Source: Bacilli bacterium
GTDB lineage: Bacteria > Bacillota_I > Bacilli_A > RF39 > UBA660
Reading direction: 5' to 3'
NCBI GenBank assembly: GCA_017512495.1
Contig: JAFWGF010000049.1
Location: 5,267-69,266, forward strand
DNA: 64,000 nt
Part shown: positions 60,296-64,000 of the stretch, piece by piece
Position numbering within the stretch: position 1 is the first letter of the stretch
Layout of the letters: each line of letters starts with the position of its first letter
Program-made: the position numbers and the translations under genes
Notes under the pieces: model-generated
What the model saw: the letters and a program-made list of their open reading frames with translations, nothing else
What the model was told of the DNA's origin: nothing
Databases searched by the model: none

Positions 60296-61624
60296 ATGAG
60301 AATAGATAAAGATAATATAAAAATTATTTTGATTTTATTAGTAGTATGTCTAAGTCTAGGATATGCCTATATTAATAGTGACTTAAATATCAATGGTACT
60401 GCTCAGGTAAAACATGCTAACTGGGATATACACTGGGCTAATATACAAGTGACTAATGGTAGTGTAAGTGCGTCTACTCCAACAATCAGTAATCAAACTA
60501 CAGTTAATTATAGTGTAGTATTAAATTTACCAGGAGATTATTATGAGTTTACTGTTGATGCAGTAAATGGTGGTAATATAGATGCGATGATAGATACAAT
60601 AGATTCAAAGTTAAATGGAGCAACTATTACCGCACTACCAGATTATTTAAATTATACAGTAAGTTATTTTGATGGGATGCCATTACAAACAAATCAATTG
60701 TTAGCAGCAAATACAACAGAGAAATATAAAGTAAGAATAGAATATAGAACAGATATAGAATTAAATCAAATACCAGCAACTAATCAGGACTTAACTCTAC
60801 AATTCACAGTAACATATCGACAAGCTACTGAGGATGCAATTGCAGTTGATCATTCATTTAATGGACACTCATGGGAAACAATAATAAATAATGTTCGTTT
60901 AGGAAATACCAGTAACTACAATGTAGGAGATACAAAGACAGTAGATATGGGATCTTTAGGAACACACACACTTCGTATAGCTAACAAATCAACACCAAGT
61001 GAATGTAGTACAGAAGGATTCTCACAAACAGCCTGTGGATTTGTGTTAGAGTTTGCAGATATAATCACAACACATAGAATGAATCCATATACAAGTGGAG
61101 ATACTACAACAATAGGAGTAAATAGTAAAGGTGGATGGGAATATTCAGACATGAGAGCATTCTTAAATAGTACAACCTATGCATATGAGAGTATAGACTA
61201 TAGTAGTACAGGAATTTATAGTTCATTACCAGAAGTACTACGAAACGCAATAATAAACACAACAGTAGTATCAGGACATAACTTAAAAGATACAACAAAT
61301 TTTACAACAACTGATAAATTATATTTATTATCAACTCATGAAGTATGGGAAGATGTAGATGGAAATACAAATAGTGGAATAGATTATTGGGATACAGCAT
61401 ATAATAATACAAGACAATTAGATTATTATAGTTCACAAAATGTAACAACAAGTAATTACTCAGGAGCAATTAAACAGATAAATGGTTCAAATAATTATTG
61501 GTGGATGCGCTCGGCTTATTCTGGCAGTAGTAGCAGTTTCTGCTATTTGACCCACACTGGCAGCTGGAACGGCCGCGATTCTGATTATGCGATTGGTGTT
61601 TCTCCAGCTTTTCGAATTGGATAA
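60296..61624 (+). CDS. Secreted/anchored protein with a C-terminal conserved-looking module (NYWWMRSAYSGSSS...GVSPAFRI, DUF6273-like pattern)
   Basis: N-terminal signal anchor. The last ~40 codons use GC-rich codons. Confidence 0.5.
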   Translation: MRIDKDNIKIILILLVVCLSLGYAYINSDLNINGTAQVKHANWDIHWANIQVTNGSVSASTPTISNQTTVNYSVVLNLPGDYYEFTVDAVNGGNIDAMIDTIDSKLNGATITALPDYLNYTVSYFDGMPLQTNQLLAANTTEKYKVRIEYRTDIELNQIPATNQDLTLQFTVTYRQATEDAIAVDHSFNGHSWETIINNVRLGNTSNYNVGDTKTVDMGSLGTHTLRIANKSTPSECSTEGFSQTACGFVLEFADIITTHRMNPYTSGDTTTIGVNSKGGWEYSDMRAFLNSTTYAYESIDYSSTGIYSSLPEVLRNAIINTTVVSGHNLKDTTNFTTTDKLYLLSTHEVWEDVDGNTNSGIDYWDTAYNNTRQLDYYSSQNVTTSNYSGAIKQINGSNNYWWMRSAYSGSSSSFCYLTHTGSWNGRDSDYAIGVSPAFRIG

Positions 61625-61679
61625 AGAAGTAGAGTAATCTACTTTTTTAATTTACTAATTTCTATTAATTTGGTATTAT

Positions 61680-63116
61680 ATGTATGTTGGATGGGGTGAT
61701 ATTGTGCATTTACCAGATTTTTTAGAAGCTAAAACTCGTGATAAAAGAGATTTAAAAAGATTTGATTATAAATTAGATAAAAGTATTAAAAACAAATATA
61801 AAGGTAAGACATACTTTATTAAGACTTATGGTTGTCAGATGAATGAACATGATAGTGAAAATATTGGAGCTTTACTAGAAAGTATTGGTTTTAAAAAAGT
61901 AGATGATTATCTAGATGCAGATTTAGTGCTTTTAAATACTTGTAGTATACGTGAGAATGCTCATAATAAAGCTTTTGGTATGCTAGGTAGATTAAAACAC
62001 TTAAAGGCAGATAAAAAAGACTTAATAATTGGTCTTTGTGGTTGTATGGCTCAAGAAGTTAGTGTAGTAGAAGAGATTATGAAAGATTATAAGTTTGTTA
62101 ATTTTGTACTTGGTACTCATAATCTACATCAATTACCTGAAATAATAGATAAAGCTATCGAAGAGAATAAACAACAAATAGAAGTATACTCTCGTGAAGG
62201 TGATTTATATGAAGGCCTACCAGTAGTAAGAGCTAATAGTTATAAAGCCTATGTTAATATTATTTATGGTTGTGATAAGTTCTGTACTTATTGTATAGTT
62301 CCATATACTAGAGGAAGAGAAAGAAGCCGTAAGAAAGAAGATATCTTAAGAGAAATAGATGAATTAATAAAAGATGGTTATAAAGAAGTAACTCTTTTAG
62401 GACAAAATGTTAATGCTTATGGTAAAGACTTATATGATGACTATAACTTAGGTGATTTATTAGAAGAAATAGCTAAGAAAGATATACCTAGAATTAGATT
62501 TATGACTAGTCATCCCTGGGACTTTAACGATAAGATGATTGAAGTTATCGGAAAATATCCTAATATCATGCCTAGTATTCATTTACCAGTACAAAGTGGA
62601 TCTTCTAAAGTATTAAAACTTATGGGTAGAAGATATACTAGAGAAAGTTATTTAGAATTATTTAACAAAATAAAAGAAATGGTTCCAGGAGTGGCTATTT
62701 CTACAGATATAATAGTAGGATTTCCTGGAGAAACTGAAGAAGACTTTGAAGAAACTATGAGTCTAGTAGAATATTGTAAATACGATAATGCTTTTACCTT
62801 TATCTTTAGTGAAAGAAAAGGAACACCTGCTTGTAAGTTAAAAGATAATACTACTCTAAAAGAAAAAGAAGAAAGATTATATCGTTTAAATGAAGTAGTT
62901 AATAAATACTTCTTAGAAAATAATAAAAAACTAGAAGGAAAAACATTAAAAGTACTTGTAGAAGGTATTAGTGATAAGAAAAATATGTATTATGGATATA
63001 GTGAAACTAATAAGTTAATTAATTTTACTAGTTCTAAAGAATTAAACTTAGGAGATATAGTAGATGTAGAAATAGAATCTGCTAAAACATGGAGTTTAGA
63101 TGGAAAAACTATATAA
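61680..63116 (+). CDS. miaB: tRNA-i6A37 methylthiotransferase MiaB
   Basis: TYGCQMN N-terminal MTTase, radical-SAM CxxxCxxC (CDKFCTYC), TRAM domain. Alternative start GTG 61704. Confidence 0.9.
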   Translation: MYVGWGDIVHLPDFLEAKTRDKRDLKRFDYKLDKSIKNKYKGKTYFIKTYGCQMNEHDSENIGALLESIGFKKVDDYLDADLVLLNTCSIRENAHNKAFGMLGRLKHLKADKKDLIIGLCGCMAQEVSVVEEIMKDYKFVNFVLGTHNLHQLPEIIDKAIEENKQQIEVYSREGDLYEGLPVVRANSYKAYVNIIYGCDKFCTYCIVPYTRGRERSRKKEDILREIDELIKDGYKEVTLLGQNVNAYGKDLYDDYNLGDLLEEIAKKDIPRIRFMTSHPWDFNDKMIEVIGKYPNIMPSIHLPVQSGSSKVLKLMGRRYTRESYLELFNKIKEMVPGVAISTDIIVGFPGETEEDFEETMSLVEYCKYDNAFTFIFSERKGTPACKLKDNTTLKEKEERLYRLNEVVNKYFLENNKKLEGKTLKVLVEGISDKKNMYYGYSETNKLINFTSSKELNLGDIVDVEIESAKTWSLDGKTI

Positions 63117-63432
63117 GAGTTTAAATGAAGTAATTGATTGTATAAAAGAATCTCCTGAATATAAAGATTGTTTAAAGATAAAAGAACAAATGGATTCTAA
63201 TGAAGAATTAGTAGAATTAATTAATAAAGTAAAAGAATTACAAAAAAAATATATTAGAAGTAACTATGATTCTAATATAAAGAAAGAATTAGATGAATGT
63301 GAATCTAAATTAAAAGAAATACCAATCTATAATATATATTTAGAAAAATTAAAGGAAGTAAATCAAATGATAGATTATGTTAAAGATAGTTTAAATGATT
63401 ACTTTGATAAATTATTAAATAAAAAATACTAG
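63100..63432 (+). CDS. ricA: RicA (YmcA)-family protein
   Basis: Directly downstream of miaB as ymcB-ymcA in B. subtilis. Helical, with a conserved Cys pair. Confidence 0.6.
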   Translation: MEKLYKSLNEVIDCIKESPEYKDCLKIKEQMDSNEELVELINKVKELQKKYIRSNYDSNIKKELDECESKLKEIPIYNIYLEKLKEVNQMIDYVKDSLNDYFDKLLNKKY

Positions 63433-63436
63433 ATAT

Positions 63437-64000
63437 CTAGTATTTTTTTAGTAATTCAATAATTTCATTAGCTGTTTTTTCTATATAATTAACTACATCA
63501 TATATATCTATTAAATATGTTTTTTCCTGCTTAGAGTTAGCAATTATTATACTCATTTTATTAATTAAAATATCTAATTTATCTACTGGTATTTCTACAA
63601 TACTTGTTTTAGGTTTAACAAAGTCTTCATAGAATAAAGATAAATCTATATCATATTTAGTTATAAGATCAATATTTAAGTTAGTATAATCTGCATATAT
63701 TAGATTTAAATATTCTTCTTTTGTTGTATTCATAAATGTACCATCTAATAGTTTTATAGAATCATTTTGTTTAATATTTGTTACATAATATTCATTCCAA
63801 ATTTTATCTGCATATAGATGAGTAAAATAACCTAAATCAAAAGAATTATATTTAAAGAAAGGATACCTTTTTATAAATAGTTTTATATTAGGAATGTCAT
63901 TTGAATTCTTAATAAAATGCGATTCAGTTCTAGAAGAACCAACTTGTTTAGCAACATCAGGAGCAATTGCACCTAAGTAGTAATCTTTTAAGTTATCGAC
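63437..64000 (-). CDS. Partial CDS (N-terminus beyond window end), hypothetical
   Basis: The minus-strand frame of the 63437-63733 ORF stays open to position 64000. Confidence 0.4.
   Translation of the reverse strand, partial: VDNLKDYYLGAIAPDVAKQVGSSRTESHFIKNSNDIPNIKLFIKRYPFFKYNSFDLGYFTHLYADKIWNEYYVTNIKQNDSIKLLDGTFMNTTKEEYLNLIYADYTNLNIDLITKYDIDLSLFYEDFVKPKTSIVEIPVDKLDILINKMSIIIANSKQEKTYLIDIYDVVNYIEKTANEIIELLKKY

Noticed and set aside
1-64000. Scan for tRNA T-loop motifs (GTTCGAATC-like), rRNA, CRISPR repeats, transposase or integrase genes.
   Set aside because: None found. The window appears to be chromosomal backbone with a few small insertions rather than a mobile island.

Overview
This 64 kb window is AT-rich (roughly 27-30% GC) low-GC Firmicute chromosome with Bacillus/Erysipelotrichia-like synteny. 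It is mostly core housekeeping.

Core genes recognised: hup, cca, dnaD-nth, the convergent recU-ponA pair, gpsB followed by RNase P RNA (rnpB), rodZ-like-pgsA-recA (with a Cheo/LexA-like box), a MurE-family ligase, rny, rnj, ftsY-ylxM...ffh, rpoZ, recX, prsA, a HIT protein, sufC-sufD(short)-sufS-sufU-X-sufB, ssb, pdp, serS, miaB-ricA, and cell-wall enzymes (VanY-like, DacA-like, VanW-like, LtaS-like).

Sporulation-associated small genes are present (spoVS, a CotD-like protein, two tandem YjcZ-like micro-ORFs), so the lineage is probably a spore-former.

No tRNA, rRNA, CRISPR array, transposase or integrase was found.

Many genes carry an extended -10 (TGnTATAAT) and an AGGTGAT Shine-Dalgarno a few nt upstream of the start codon. 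This repeatedly caused the ORF track to call in-frame GTG/TTG starts that sit inside the RBS, so I moved several starts to the downstream ATG.

Most unusual elements:
1. A two-gene insertion into the normally contiguous ftsY-ylxM-ffh SRP operon: an orphan 142-aa ORF plus a HerA/FtsK-superfamily ATPase with its own promoter and terminators.
2. A tandem pair of highly diverged paralogs, each preceded by a near-identical terminator+RBS boundary element.
3. A thioester-domain (TQXA) adhesin with an SPDTG sorting signal and an adjacent atypical sortase.
4. A ydjG/ydjH/ydjI-like zinc-ribbon/TPM/SPFH triad without pspA.
5. A suf operon with a truncated SufD and an inserted unknown gene.
6. A frameshifted remnant of a DUF1016 (PD-(D/E)XK) gene.
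7. A sharply GC-rich 3' segment in an otherwise AT-rich secreted-protein gene.
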